Origin: an uncultured Candidatus Poseidoniales archaeon
GTDB lineage: Archaea > Thermoplasmatota > Poseidoniia > Poseidoniales > Thalassarchaeaceae
Assembly (NCBI GenBank): GCA_964645485.1
Contig: CAZXZO010000002.1
Location: 74,212-138,211, forward strand
DNA: 64,000 nucleotides
Reading direction: 5' to 3'
How positions within the stretch are numbered: the stretch's first letter is position 1; each line of letters opens with the position of its first letter. The position numbers and the translations under genes are program-made. The notes under the pieces are model-generated. The model made no database searches, was not told the origin of the DNA, and saw only the letters and a list, made by a program, of their open reading frames with translations. Of the stretch, positions 9,470 to 23,303 are shown one piece after another.

Positions 9470-10456
9470 TCAGTCTAACAACCCATCATTGGATGGTTCA
9501 ATTGTCATTATGGCCAATAGAAGAACCCACCCCGTTAGCATCGACACTCGAAACAGCATCTTTTGGAAGTCAGCAAACTTTTCACGAAGTAGTATTACAG
9601 CGATGTTCACAATAGCCATTATTCCCGCAGCCCCTAGAAACCAAATTTCATCCATGGGGTTGGAGATAGCGAAGCATGCGAACCATACTAGGGTTAGTTG
9701 TACAGATGTCCTCGTGGTAGTTTCTTCTGAGAACCGTGAAGGGAATGAATGAATCCCGTTTTCTCGATCACTCTCTACATCCATGCGTGCATAGTTGATA
9801 TCGAAGGCAGTTATCCAAAATGCGACCCCTAGGGAGATGAAGAAAATAGTTGGATACCAAAGAAGGTCAGTATATCCATCGTGCAGTCCTGTAATTGCAG
9901 CCCAACCATGCACATCTGCTGCAATAGCAACCCAAGCCCCGGCAGGTGCAAGACCAAGACACAATCCGAGCCATAAATGACACAACCAGGTGTAACGCTT
10001 AGTGTATGGGTAGATAACGAAGGCTAAGACGGGAAGCCAAGCCATCATTAGTGCAACTTCGTTGAGCAACCAAGCGCCTAAAAGTAGCATACTAAGGAAA
10101 ATTGCCGATAGAGTCCAAGCCGTTTGCATTGACATATTTCCCGATACCAAATGCCTGTTTGCAGTTCGTGGGTTGGCGGCATCAACATCACGATCAATAA
10201 TACGATTCAAAGTCATTGCAAGGCCACGGGCTCCCACAGCCGCGATGAGAATCCAAATTAGGTCCATTCTTAACCAACCAAGTTCAGGAACAGGAAGGTC
10301 ATGCATGAATTGATTGTAAGCGAGAATATACCCAATTAACACAAAGGGAAGGGAAAAGAGGGTGTGCTCAATTTTTACGAATTCCAAAATTTGCTTTACA
10401 CCCAAACTACCACCTCGATACATTTGGTTCCCAAGCTCTCTGTTCATACCCATCAT
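9470..10456 (-). CDS. mqnP: UbiA-family prenyltransferase, MqnP-like (menaquinone, futalosine route)
   Basis: VKIEHTLFSLPF, MTLNRIIDRDVDAANPRTANR, YPYTKR, FDINYARMD..SDRENGIHSFP; multiple TM helices; directly downstream of the UbiD homologue. Confidence 0.8.
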   Translation of the reverse strand: MMGMNRELGNQMYRGGSLGVKQILEFVKIEHTLFSLPFVLIGYILAYNQFMHDLPVPELGWLRMDLIWILIAAVGARGLAMTLNRIIDRDVDAANPRTANRHLVSGNMSMQTAWTLSAIFLSMLLLGAWLLNEVALMMAWLPVLAFVIYPYTKRYTWLCHLWLGLCLGLAPAGAWVAIAADVHGWAAITGLHDGYTDLLWYPTIFFISLGVAFWITAFDINYARMDVESDRENGIHSFPSRFSEETTTRTSVQLTLVWFACFAISNPMDEIWFLGAAGIMAIVNIAVILLREKFADFQKMLFRVSMLTGWVLLLAIMTIEPSNDGLLD

Positions 10457-12470
10457 ATCCTGCCATGTTTGTTACTTTGGCAAGAGTTTCTTGGCCGTGA
10501 ATAGTGATTGCTGGCCAACTTCTGATAGGAAGAATTGGATCTAGCGCTGATATTTCTTGTCCAGCACTTGCAAGTGCTTTACGACCAGGGTGCGGAATCG
10601 GGGTGGTGGCATCCCAGCAAACCCTACTACGATTTGAATCAAAATGTAAATCTCTACCAACATCAAATCTAACGGTTAACTGCCAGAGCAATTTTTGATT
10701 TGCTCCTGCTGAATGTAATTTCACATCATCATCAGTGATAAATAGCCATCTTAAATGTTCAGATTCTTCCAATTGCCAAATTGAATTCATCAATTGGAAA
10801 ATACGTTGCCTTTGAGCCCTACTGGCTTCAACTTGAAGTGCCCATGCAGCGGGGTCAAGAATTGCCTGCATTCCATTACTTGGGCTAGGTGTGTCATCAA
10901 TTTTTGTTGTAATCACCATAATTGATGGCCTAAGGAGAATTGCCTCGCTAACTTCCTGCATCGCTCTGACTTTTGCACAGAAGTCAACTGAAACTCCTGG
11001 AGCATCTACCTGTCCACGGCGCCAATCTGGAGATTCATCGAAACCCGTTCCTCTAGGTAAGCCGACTCCTCCTTTTCTCGGATCGGCACTTGGTAATGTT
11101 GTGGCATCAATCAGTAATTTATCGTGAACATTTTCCCATGGTGAAGATGTGTCAAGTGTATCTGCAACCATCCCAGGTATTGTTATCAAATCGGCCTGTG
11201 GGTCTACTTTTTCATGTAAAGCATCGAGAAGAGCATTCAGTTCTTTTACAGGGTGGCCAGGGTCAACGGCAACGGAAATTTTTGTGAACATTAATTGCCC
11301 AGCGCCCAACAAACCAAGGCAAGTTTTTCGTGCTTGACGTGGGTATCTTTGTTTCGCGGCAATAATCGCCAAATTATGGAAACCAGTCTGCAGTGGCACG
11401 AACATATCAACGATATCTCGGTGTTGAAAATTTAATATTGGCAGGAATGCATCTGTAATTGCTTCGCCAATATATCCATCCTCCATAGGCGGAAGTCCAA
11501 CAATTGTCATTGGTGCAATAGCATCAGAACGATGAGTGATTGCAGTTACGTGCATCACTGGGTAATCCCCCTCTAAACTATACAGCCCGAAGTGGTCACC
11601 AAAAGGGCCCTCTGGTCTGGTTTCGCCAGGGATACAATACCCTTCAATTACAACATCTGCCTCTGCTGGAACCCACAAATCTTGAGTAGTTGCTTTCACT
11701 AACTTCAGCCTCTGATTTGCTAAGAAGGAAGCGAACATAAATTCAGAAAGATTGTCAGGAAGAGGTGAAATTGCGCTGAAAATTAATTCTGGTGGCCCTC
11801 CTAGACAAATTGCCACAGGTATTTTGTTGAGTGAACCAAGGCTAGCATCAGCATGGTCAGCACCATGTTTGTGCATTTGCCAATGAAGTCCACATTCGGT
11901 TGGGCCATAAATTTGTGAGCGGTACATCCCGAGGTTTTGCTCACCGCTGACTGGATCTTTCGTGACTACTAATGGTAGGGTGATAAACGGCCCACCGTCT
12001 TGTGGCCAAGTTTTGGGGATTGGAAGAGATGTTAAGTCTGGATTTTCCATGACTACTTCCTGACATGCTCCTTTTCTGACTCGTTTTGGAGCCATTCGCA
12101 GACCTTGTTTGGCTAAGCCAATTCCTTTCCATGGTTTCTTAGAAATTGTGGCAATGTCTGGTTTCATCAATTCCACGAGTCGGTTTCCAATAGTTGCCAA
12201 CTCATCCACGCCAAGAGCCGTTTTCACCCTAGTTCTAGTTCCAAAAAGATTCATTGCAAGGGGAATTTTGGATATGCTGCCATTCTGTAATCTTGGTTGC
12301 TCAAAAATTACAGCCTTGCCTTCACCCTTTACAAGACGGTCGGCAATACATCCCGCCTCTAACTCTACATCAACCGGTCTTGCAATGCGCAGCATATCTC
12401 CCTGTTCCTCGAGGGCGGCGATAAATTGCTGCAGATTACTCCATCCCACAGCCCTCGGAGGGGCTCTCAC
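10407..12470 (-). CDS. ubiD: UbiD-family decarboxylase, MqnL-like
   Basis: NLFGT, DGGPFIT, NLGMYR, HWQMHKHG, EGPFGDHFGLY, PPMED, DTLD; duplicated C-terminal domain as in long MqnL proteins. Confidence 0.9.
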   Translation of the reverse strand: MRAPPRAVGWSNLQQFIAALEEQGDMLRIARPVDVELEAGCIADRLVKGEGKAVIFEQPRLQNGSISKIPLAMNLFGTRTRVKTALGVDELATIGNRLVELMKPDIATISKKPWKGIGLAKQGLRMAPKRVRKGACQEVVMENPDLTSLPIPKTWPQDGGPFITLPLVVTKDPVSGEQNLGMYRSQIYGPTECGLHWQMHKHGADHADASLGSLNKIPVAICLGGPPELIFSAISPLPDNLSEFMFASFLANQRLKLVKATTQDLWVPAEADVVIEGYCIPGETRPEGPFGDHFGLYSLEGDYPVMHVTAITHRSDAIAPMTIVGLPPMEDGYIGEAITDAFLPILNFQHRDIVDMFVPLQTGFHNLAIIAAKQRYPRQARKTCLGLLGAGQLMFTKISVAVDPGHPVKELNALLDALHEKVDPQADLITIPGMVADTLDTSSPWENVHDKLLIDATTLPSADPRKGGVGLPRGTGFDESPDWRRGQVDAPGVSVDFCAKVRAMQEVSEAILLRPSIMVITTKIDDTPSPSNGMQAILDPAAWALQVEASRAQRQRIFQLMNSIWQLEESEHLRWLFITDDDVKLHSAGANQKLLWQLTVRFDVGRDLHFDSNRSRVCWDATTPIPHPGRKALASAGQEISALDPILPIRSWPAITIHGQETLAKVTNMAGYDGYEQRAWEPNVSRW

Positions 12471-12524
12471 CTATGAAACATCAAGGAGAGATATTCAAAC
12501 AAATTCACCCAGATTATTCCACAT

Positions 12525-13805
12525 TTGGTAACCGCGTTATTCATGAAGGGACCCCCCTCATCACAACCCATGGAGGGAGCCGGTACAGAGTGTGACGTCT
12601 TGGTCATTGGCGCCGGGCCTGGCGGTGGTGCTGCGGCTTTACACAGTGCAAGAGAAGGTCTCAATGTCATCCTAATCGAAGATCATGACGAGATTGGGAC
12701 TCCCGTACATTGCGGAGAATGTATATCGGATTTAGCCGTAAACAACCTAAAACTTGAACTTCCAGATTCAGTAATTTCACGTCCTGTTGATGGTATTAGA
12801 GTACTGTTTCCGGATGGAACGGCAAAAAAATTAAGTGAACCGGGATACGTTCTAGAAAAGCACTTGTTTGAGCAGTGGTTAGCAGCGGAAGCAGTTGAAG
12901 CGGGCGCACAATTACACCTATCACACAAGTTGACAGGCCTTGAGCGTCAAGAAAATGATGGTGTTTTCAGCGGTTGGATTTGCCAGGGTAAGGGGGACCA
13001 ATTTCCAATTACAGCTAAGATTGTAATTGATGCCTCTGGCGTTGCTGGAGTATGCTCAAAAATTTTGCAATTAAACCCCCGTCCTAAAGTGGTTGCAGGG
13101 ATGCAATATGAGGTACTAGAAGTTCCAACAGATGGTTACTTGGATTTCTATATTTGGCCAAAATATGCCGAAAAAGGTTATCTTTGGATGATACCAAAGG
13201 CAGATGGAAGGGCTAACATTGGGTTAGTTACAGAGAATAAAAAGGGTGCTGTAAAGGCACTAGACCAATTCATAGAAAATGGGGAATTCAAGGGATTAGA
13301 AATGATCAATCCGCCCTGGCGGAAAGAAGGAATGAAACTGCGAGGTTTTGGCGGAACTATACCAATTTCCGGGCCACATGAAGTCACTCATACAGATGGA
13401 ATAATGCTGATTGGTGATGCGGCTGGTTTCACTTCACCTCTGTTTGAAGGAGGTTCTCATTTGGCTTTGAAATCAGCATCATTTGCAGCTCAGACTGCGG
13501 CTGAAGCAATCGCTGCTGGAGATATAACCGCTTCCAAGTTAGCCATATATTCATCCAAATGGAAAAGAGAGTTTCCACCATATGAAAAAATACTGAGAGG
13601 AAAAACAGCCTTGTATTCACTCAGTGATTCTGATATGTCAGTAATGGGCAAATGTTTCCCAGAAGAAATGTCTTCGATGGGAATATCTGGAAAGGCAATG
13701 GTTGGAATCCGCCTACTTGTTAGAAGACCTAGTTTATATTTCAAGAAAATAGTTCCAGCGATGTTGGCTTTTGGTTATAGCCGGGCTAAATACTATGGCT
13801 GGTAA
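12525..13805 (+). CDS. Geranylgeranyl reductase-family FAD oxidoreductase
   Basis: VIGAGPGG, PVHCGEC, GYLWMIPK, LIGDAAG; probable start ATG 12570. Confidence 0.85.
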   Translation: MVTALFMKGPPSSQPMEGAGTECDVLVIGAGPGGGAAALHSAREGLNVILIEDHDEIGTPVHCGECISDLAVNNLKLELPDSVISRPVDGIRVLFPDGTAKKLSEPGYVLEKHLFEQWLAAEAVEAGAQLHLSHKLTGLERQENDGVFSGWICQGKGDQFPITAKIVIDASGVAGVCSKILQLNPRPKVVAGMQYEVLEVPTDGYLDFYIWPKYAEKGYLWMIPKADGRANIGLVTENKKGAVKALDQFIENGEFKGLEMINPPWRKEGMKLRGFGGTIPISGPHEVTHTDGIMLIGDAAGFTSPLFEGGSHLALKSASFAAQTAAEAIAAGDITASKLAIYSSKWKREFPPYEKILRGKTALYSLSDSDMSVMGKCFPEEMSSMGISGKAMVGIRLLVRRPSLYFKKIVPAMLAFGYSRAKYYGW

Positions 13806-13868
13806 TCCAACAATCAGCGATTACTTACGGCCGAAATTGCCATCAGTTGATGGCTACTCGCACCAATT

Positions 13869-16415
13869 GTGCAGTGGCTTCTTTGGTTAGCAATCGCGGT
13901 TTCCATAGCCGGTATCTCGATGCCGTGGCGAAATCTGTCTGCGGAGCAATCATTGTGGTTCCCACGAATCATCACAACAATCCAAATTTTACCTTTCATC
14001 GCCCTAAGTTGGCTATTTATCAGTGATTCTACAAACTATGATTTGGTTCGTCTTTACGGTGGCAGTGAGATGCCATTTGCCTATCGTATCAGTGCGGTTT
14101 GGGCTAGTAGAGAAGGGCCAACCCTCCTTTGGGCTGGTTTGTTAGCAATCTGTGGCCTTGCGTTCCAAGATGCGGCGAAAGATGAGAGTTCGATTCTATT
14201 TCGTAAATTAGTCAATGGCGCAATTCTAACACTCTTCTCTATTGCAATGATGATGCGACCATTCAGGCTTGCACAAAGCAATTGGCGAGGTGAATTAAAT
14301 CCACTACTGCAAACCGATTTGATGGTCTTCCATCCGCCACTGGTTTTCCTGTTTTACTCACTTTGTATGGTTGTGATGCTGAAGGCTTTGTCTACAGTTC
14401 TTAGTAACGATGGTGTTGATGATTCTCGACTTCGTGAGATGGTGACGCCGCCAGCAAGAGTAGCATTGGTAGTAGGTACGATTGGAGTGGGACTCGGTGG
14501 GCTATGGGCTTACACAGTGCTTGATTGGGGCGGGTATTGGGCTTGGGATCCCGTCGAAACAGCATCCCTTTTGCCCTGGCTTGGGCTCCTCCTTTTACTT
14601 CATCTACGGGTAACTCCTGGTGGGAAAAATAGTGGTTTCGTCCTCCCTTTAGCAATCCTTCCTGGATGGTTCTCTATCCACGCTACTATGGTCACTAGAG
14701 CCAATGGTGTTTGGGCCTCGGTACACGCCTTTGTCTCAGAAGATGTTGGGTCTCAAAGTGATTCTGCAATACTACGAATAATTGACTTACAAAACACAGG
14801 GGTAAGTGGAACAGAGGTGATTACTTACCTCATTTCATTGGTGGCAATTTTGGCAATCACTGTGGCGGTTATGGTTAGCCGTCAGGCTAGAATTGGTGGC
14901 GGAGAAAATTTGCAATTTTCGTCTAGATTATCATTATGGTTGATATTGTTATTACCTTTATCTTGGCTAATTACTGTTGATATGTTTGGGGCTGAATCGA
15001 GTCTAATTGAGCGGCTGCCTACATTCATTCTACTGATAGCAGCAGCATCTCCATTGGTAGCAATCATGCTTCCACCTGATCCTGCAGGTGCGAAGTTGTT
15101 CGCTGATAGAGAGAAAGCATTCTCAATGGCTGCTGTGATTTTGTTATCATTAATCATTGATGAACCATTAATTGCAACTCTACTTATTTTGTTGATGCTG
15201 TTGAAAGCGAGTTCGGATAAAGAGTCAGAAATGATTTGGACAGTGGCAGGCATCGTTGTCATATTGACTTCAGTTTACGCTTATTTGATTGGGGTTTATG
15301 TTGCTGGAATTGGCTTGTTAACTTTCATTTGGCCATTGCTGGTTCTTGATATTGAAGATGGAGATGAGCAGACATTGAAGGAACGCATTTCTGAACTTTC
15401 ATTACGAAAAACCCAAATTCGACTATCGCTATTTGCACCTATCGTAATCGGTGGGACATTTTTCACATTGACTTGGATGTTGTTGGTTGCTAGCGTTGAT
15501 GGGACTTCTCTACCAATGCATGAGATGTTTGGCGCGCCACTTATTTTGTTAATTGCGGCTGCTTTAGCAACATATTCTTGGAAAGATACAGTGCCTGAAA
15601 AAATGGTTCCTTTTCTTCTATTAGGTTTTATTATCTTAGGAATTGTTGTTGGTGCATTCCTTAATATTCCTATCATAGGGGATAGCAATTCACAGTTTAG
15701 TGATACAATAAACCGAGGTGAAGTAGCTTGGTTGTTGCTACCGATTTTAATAGTCGCAATCCCTTCAATAATACGTCTTGCGATAGACCTCTTTATGCGT
15801 ACTGCAAAGGGGTATTCTCCTGCAAAGATGCGAAGTGCGCTTGCTCACAGTGCGCATGTAGGGATTCTACTGTTACTGGTAGGCCACGTATTCACAACTA
15901 CTCTAGTTGACCGAACAGATCCTTCTCATCAAGTAGTGTTGGTAAAGGGTCAAGAGGTTTCTCATGAAGGGTACCTGCTAACTTTTGAAGATTGGACAGT
16001 GCTTTCTCCAGATGATACTGAATTCCAAGAGCGCTTTTCGGTTGGAGATGGGTTCCTAGGTGCTACAATTGACATACGTGACGAGCAAGGTAATTTTCTC
16101 GACACAGTTAATCCAGGGATGTTGAGGTTTGATAGTTCAAACAGTTTCCCACGTAGTGAGGTAGATAGGTACACTTCTATTACTGGTGATACTGTGTTTA
16201 TTTTTGATTGGTCCCAAACACAAGCATTAGGTAATGCATCTGGAATTATGGATTCAGAAAGTGACGATGTTGGTCTTGACAGAGTTCGATTAACGGTTTA
16301 CCAGCTCTCTGGCAGCCATCTTGTGTGGGCTGGGTGGCTAATCATTGTACTCTCAACTCTAGGAATCGCAATCACCTCAGTTCAGCGCCTCAGTAAGCCG
16401 ATTCCCTCCATCTGA
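13869..16415 (+). CDS. ccmF: Cytochrome c biogenesis heme lyase CcmF (System I)
   Basis: WASREG, LNPLLQ, FHPP, WGGYWAWDPVETASL (WWD domain), SVHAF, LAHSAHVG; many TM helices. Confidence 0.9.
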   Translation: MQWLLWLAIAVSIAGISMPWRNLSAEQSLWFPRIITTIQILPFIALSWLFISDSTNYDLVRLYGGSEMPFAYRISAVWASREGPTLLWAGLLAICGLAFQDAAKDESSILFRKLVNGAILTLFSIAMMMRPFRLAQSNWRGELNPLLQTDLMVFHPPLVFLFYSLCMVVMLKALSTVLSNDGVDDSRLREMVTPPARVALVVGTIGVGLGGLWAYTVLDWGGYWAWDPVETASLLPWLGLLLLLHLRVTPGGKNSGFVLPLAILPGWFSIHATMVTRANGVWASVHAFVSEDVGSQSDSAILRIIDLQNTGVSGTEVITYLISLVAILAITVAVMVSRQARIGGGENLQFSSRLSLWLILLLPLSWLITVDMFGAESSLIERLPTFILLIAAASPLVAIMLPPDPAGAKLFADREKAFSMAAVILLSLIIDEPLIATLLILLMLLKASSDKESEMIWTVAGIVVILTSVYAYLIGVYVAGIGLLTFIWPLLVLDIEDGDEQTLKERISELSLRKTQIRLSLFAPIVIGGTFFTLTWMLLVASVDGTSLPMHEMFGAPLILLIAAALATYSWKDTVPEKMVPFLLLGFIILGIVVGAFLNIPIIGDSNSQFSDTINRGEVAWLLLPILIVAIPSIIRLAIDLFMRTAKGYSPAKMRSALAHSAHVGILLLLVGHVFTTTLVDRTDPSHQVVLVKGQEVSHEGYLLTFEDWTVLSPDDTEFQERFSVGDGFLGATIDIRDEQGNFLDTVNPGMLRFDSSNSFPRSEVDRYTSITGDTVFIFDWSQTQALGNASGIMDSESDDVGLDRVRLTVYQLSGSHLVWAGWLIIVLSTLGIAITSVQRLSKPIPSI

Positions 16416-16485
16416 TATTGGATAATTTCACCGTTTCACTCATAAAGGGGGAGTCGGTCGGCGGCTCGCCCCATTAGGGGTTGAA

Positions 16486-17244
16486 GTGATATTCATGGAA
16501 GAAGGCACAATTGTCTACATTGATTACGACCTGTTTGAGGTTGATTCCGGAAAACTAATTGAGACCACTCGTGAGGAGACTGCAAAGTCAAACGACGTTC
16601 ATGAAGAGTCACGAACTTATGAGCCTCTGTGCACCACTATTGGTGCTGGAGCGTTGATTCCTGGTTTTGAAGAAAGCCTAGAAGAAGCAGAAGTTGAAAC
16701 TGACTACGATATTGAGATTTCACCAGACAAAGCATACGGAGAGCGTGACCCGGGTGCTGTTGAAATGTTGGGCCCACAACAATTGGCTCGCCAAGTAAGG
16801 GACCCTGACAATTTACAAGTTGGAGGACCAGTCGAAATCGGTGGCCGAAAAGGTACCTTAGTCATGTTCCGTGCTGGTCGGGCACGAATTGATTTCAATC
16901 ACGAATTAGCGGGTAAATCACTGCGTTATAATTACCGAATCACAAAGGTTGTTGAAGAGAAGGACGAGATGGTAATGACTCTTCTAAAGATGTCAACAGG
17001 TTCTGATGACTTTGAAGTAGAATTTGACGGCGATGATGTATCTATCACAATTCCAGAGTTCCTTGGATATGACCAATCATGGGGTATGGCAAAGTTTCAA
17101 CTCATTCGTTCACTACGTGACACTGTTGGTGCCAAGACAATCGTGTTTAGAGATGTACACCAATTCAGAGAGGCTGCAGAAGAAGAGGAAGAAGAACACG
17201 TCCACGATGAAAACTGTGACCACGACCATGACGAAGAAGAGTGA
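16486..17244 (+). CDS. slyD: FKBP-type peptidyl-prolyl isomerase (SlyD-like) with His/acidic tail
   Basis: LIPGFEESL, PDKAYGERD, IDFNHELAGKSL; C-terminal HVHDENCDHDHDEEE. Confidence 0.9.
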   Translation: MIFMEEGTIVYIDYDLFEVDSGKLIETTREETAKSNDVHEESRTYEPLCTTIGAGALIPGFEESLEEAEVETDYDIEISPDKAYGERDPGAVEMLGPQQLARQVRDPDNLQVGGPVEIGGRKGTLVMFRAGRARIDFNHELAGKSLRYNYRITKVVEEKDEMVMTLLKMSTGSDDFEVEFDGDDVSITIPEFLGYDQSWGMAKFQLIRSLRDTVGAKTIVFRDVHQFREAAEEEEEEHVHDENCDHDHDEEE

Positions 17245-17255
17245 ACCTCTTTTGA

Positions 17256-20335
<3,080 letters not shown>

Positions 20336-21224
20336 AGGAGCAATTGCAATGAATGATTTTTCAATTGGAGAATTAATGCCGGAAACCGGCTTGTGTACCC
20401 TCAATATTGAGGGGCCAGTGGGGTATCTGAATTTACAACGTGAAGATGTGTTCAATGCATTAAATCCAGAATTGATTGGAGAATTATGTGATTTACTTGA
20501 TTGGGGTAAAGATCGCTCAGTAAGTGAGCGTGGTCAGTTGAAGGACAGTAACGGCGAACCTTATCTGAGAGTAATTGTATTAACCGGAAATGGAAAACAT
20601 TTCTGCGCAGGGGCAGATATTGGTTGGATGCAGGCTTCTGGTGCACAAACATCTGAACAAAATCGCAACGACGCCCAACGTCTTGATAGATTATTCAACA
20701 GCCTTTGGTCTCACCCTTGTTTTACTATTGGTGCTGTCCAAGGTGTCGCACTAGGTGGGGGTGCCGGATTAATTGCTTGTGTTGACCATGTGATTGGTGA
20801 GAGTAGAACAAAAATTGCCCTTTCTGAGGGTAAATTAGGAATTTTACCAGCCGTCATTGGACCCTATGTCTATCGTAGACTCGGAAGTGCGCAAACTCGA
20901 CGACTCGCCATGTTAGCAAATCGAATTGGAGTTGATGAGGCTTTACGAATTGGCATGATAGATGAGAAGGTAGAATCTCCAGAACAATTTACTGACAGTA
21001 TCCAAGAAGTAGTTTCTGAAGTGTTGACAACAGGTCCTTGTGCGGTTGGGGAAGCAAAACGTTTGGTATTACAGTTTGACCGTTGGAATGGAACTGATGA
21101 GGAACTACGCCAATGGACCCTGGATAAAACTTCAGAGATGCGAGGTTCTTCAGAAGGTCAAGAAGGGCTTTCGTCATTCATTGAGCGACGTCAACCTGCA
21201 TGGAAAAGTGAGGATTGAGCAACT

Positions 21225-22766
21225 ATGGATTTTCCGTCATGGATTGCAAACGCGCCGTTTAAATTCGGTAAAGTTTTGATTGCAAACCGCGGTGAAATTG
21301 CTTGCAGGATCATACGAGGCTGTCAAGAGATGGGGTTAGCCACAGTCGCTGTTTTCAACGACGCTGATGCAGATGCATTGCACGTTGAGTTGGCAGATGA
21401 ATCAGTTCACCTAGAAGGTGATGATTTGGCATCAACATATCTTTCAGCAAATTCGATAATCAATGCTTGTAGAAAAAGTAGAGCAGATGCCCTTCACCCT
21501 GGTTACGGATTTCTTTCTGAAAGGGCAGATTTTGCAGAGTTGGTTGGAGCAAGTGGAATAATTTGGATTGGGCCACCAGCAAAAGCAATTGATTCAATGG
21601 GTGATAAAGTAAAAGCTCGTAGATTGATGATTGATGCTGGAGTCCCTTTGGTGCCTGGTGCTGAACTAACTTCTCAAGATAATCTGAATGCTACTGTTGA
21701 CCAATTACGTAGTTTGTCTAATGAAGTGGGTTTTCCAATTTTGTTGAAAGCCTCCGCTGGAGGTGGTGGAAAAGGGATGCGGGCTGTTGAAACATCCGGG
21801 GAACTTGAGGCGGCATATCTCTCGGCAAAACGTGAAGCACTTTCAGCATTCGGAGATGACACCATCTATCTAGAAAGACGAATAGTTTCACCTCGGCATA
21901 TTGAGATCCAAATCCTCTGTGACACCCATGGTGGTGCAATTCACTTACTTGAGCGAGAATGTAGTATCCAAAGGAGACATCAGAAGGTTATCGAAGAAGC
22001 ACCTAGCGTGGCAATTTCTCCAGAGATGAGAGAACAAATGGGTGAGGCAGCGATAAATGCAGCCAAAGCAGTACACTATGTGGGTGCTGGAACTGTTGAA
22101 TTCTTACTTTCGGGAGACGAATTTTTCTTCCTAGAAATGAACACTCGCCTACAAGTGGAGCATCCTGTGACTGAACTAGTGACAGGTGTCGATTTGGTTC
22201 AAGAGCAATTACGAATTGCTGCGGGTCATCCATTAGCGATTTCTCAAGATGAAGTTTTTCCACGTGGCTGGGCAATTGAGGCTCGAATTTATTCCGAAGA
22301 TGCGGCCAATGGATTTTTGCCAGCAACTGGGCCTTTAGCAATTTTTAGGCCACCAGAGGGCCCGGGTATCCGTCTTGATACTGGTGTTAGGCAAGGTGAT
22401 GAAGCGAGCCTTGACTTCGACCCAATGCTCGCCAAACTCATTGTTCACGCCCCCGATAGGATGCGCGCAATTGAGCGCATGTCTCGGGCATTAGAGGATT
22501 TCATAATTTTAGGTGTCACTACAAATATTGAATTCTTAAGAAGCGTAATAACTCATCAGAAGTTTGCCAGTGGAGACACAACTACCGATTTCATAGAATC
22601 AATTTGGTCTGATGGTTGGAATTCGGGCGGGGACCCTGCAGCGGCTGTTGTCGTTGCAGCAAGTGCTGAAAAATCCGGCCTTCACTTGGGGTCATTAAGC
22701 GGTGAACTTGGAGATTCACCTGACCCATATAATCCATTTTCCTCATTGTATAGGAGCTATCCATGA
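21225..22766 (+). CDS. Biotin carboxylase subunit
   Basis: LIANRGEIA, HPGYGFLSE, GGGGKGMR, RECSIQRRHQK, EMNTRLQVEHPVTE, DPMLAK. Confidence 0.95.
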   Translation: MDFPSWIANAPFKFGKVLIANRGEIACRIIRGCQEMGLATVAVFNDADADALHVELADESVHLEGDDLASTYLSANSIINACRKSRADALHPGYGFLSERADFAELVGASGIIWIGPPAKAIDSMGDKVKARRLMIDAGVPLVPGAELTSQDNLNATVDQLRSLSNEVGFPILLKASAGGGGKGMRAVETSGELEAAYLSAKREALSAFGDDTIYLERRIVSPRHIEIQILCDTHGGAIHLLERECSIQRRHQKVIEEAPSVAISPEMREQMGEAAINAAKAVHYVGAGTVEFLLSGDEFFFLEMNTRLQVEHPVTELVTGVDLVQEQLRIAAGHPLAISQDEVFPRGWAIEARIYSEDAANGFLPATGPLAIFRPPEGPGIRLDTGVRQGDEASLDFDPMLAKLIVHAPDRMRAIERMSRALEDFIILGVTTNIEFLRSVITHQKFASGDTTTDFIESIWSDGWNSGGDPAAAVVVAASAEKSGLHLGSLSGELGDSPDPYNPFSSLYRSYP

Positions 22767-23286
22767 GGTGTTTAATATGAAGGAATTCACCAATCAAACA
22801 GATGGCAGTAATTGGGCTGTTGGTGTTATCGATACCGCAAGTGGTTACTCTGCAATTCAAATTGAAACTGAAGGCGAGCTCTTAGATCTACAAGATTGGC
22901 GCGTTTCATTTGGTACATCTCCAAACGAGGCTTTGCTCGAGCGTGGCGATCGAGAAGAACGCTTGGTGATTGTCAAGGTAGGTGACACTTGGTGGGTTCA
23001 TCATAACGGCCATACTTCAAAAGTAGATGTTGTAGAACGAGGGGCAGTCAGCACTTTTGCTAACAGTGGTGGTTTGACTTCACCGATGCCCGGAAAAATC
23101 CTCAGTGTCATGGCCTCTGTAGGTGAACCTGTAGACGAAGGACAAACTTTGCTAATTTTGGAAGCCATGAAAATGGAGAATCGTATCTGCTCTCCAGTCA
23201 ATGGTGTGGTTTCAGCAATACACTATGAAGTTGGAGACCAAGTTAACCAAGGCGAAGTCCTCATCGCTATTGAAGAGTCTGAATAA
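22702..23286 (+). CDS. Biotin carboxyl carrier protein (BT + biotinyl domain)
   Basis: SPMPGKI and LEAMKME biotinylation motif; probable start 22777 after SD GAGGTG. Confidence 0.9.
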   Translation: MNLEIHLTHIIHFPHCIGAIHEVFNMKEFTNQTDGSNWAVGVIDTASGYSAIQIETEGELLDLQDWRVSFGTSPNEALLERGDREERLVIVKVGDTWWVHHNGHTSKVDVVERGAVSTFANSGGLTSPMPGKILSVMASVGEPVDEGQTLLILEAMKMENRICSPVNGVVSAIHYEVGDQVNQGEVLIAIEESE

Positions 23287-23303
23287 CCAATTGGAAAATC
23301 AAT

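Noticed and set aside
22700-22790. Frameshift or pseudogene splitting biotin carboxylase from BCCP
   Set aside because: Clean stop at 22766, then SD GAGGTG and ATG 22777; separate BC and BCCP genes are normal in archaea.
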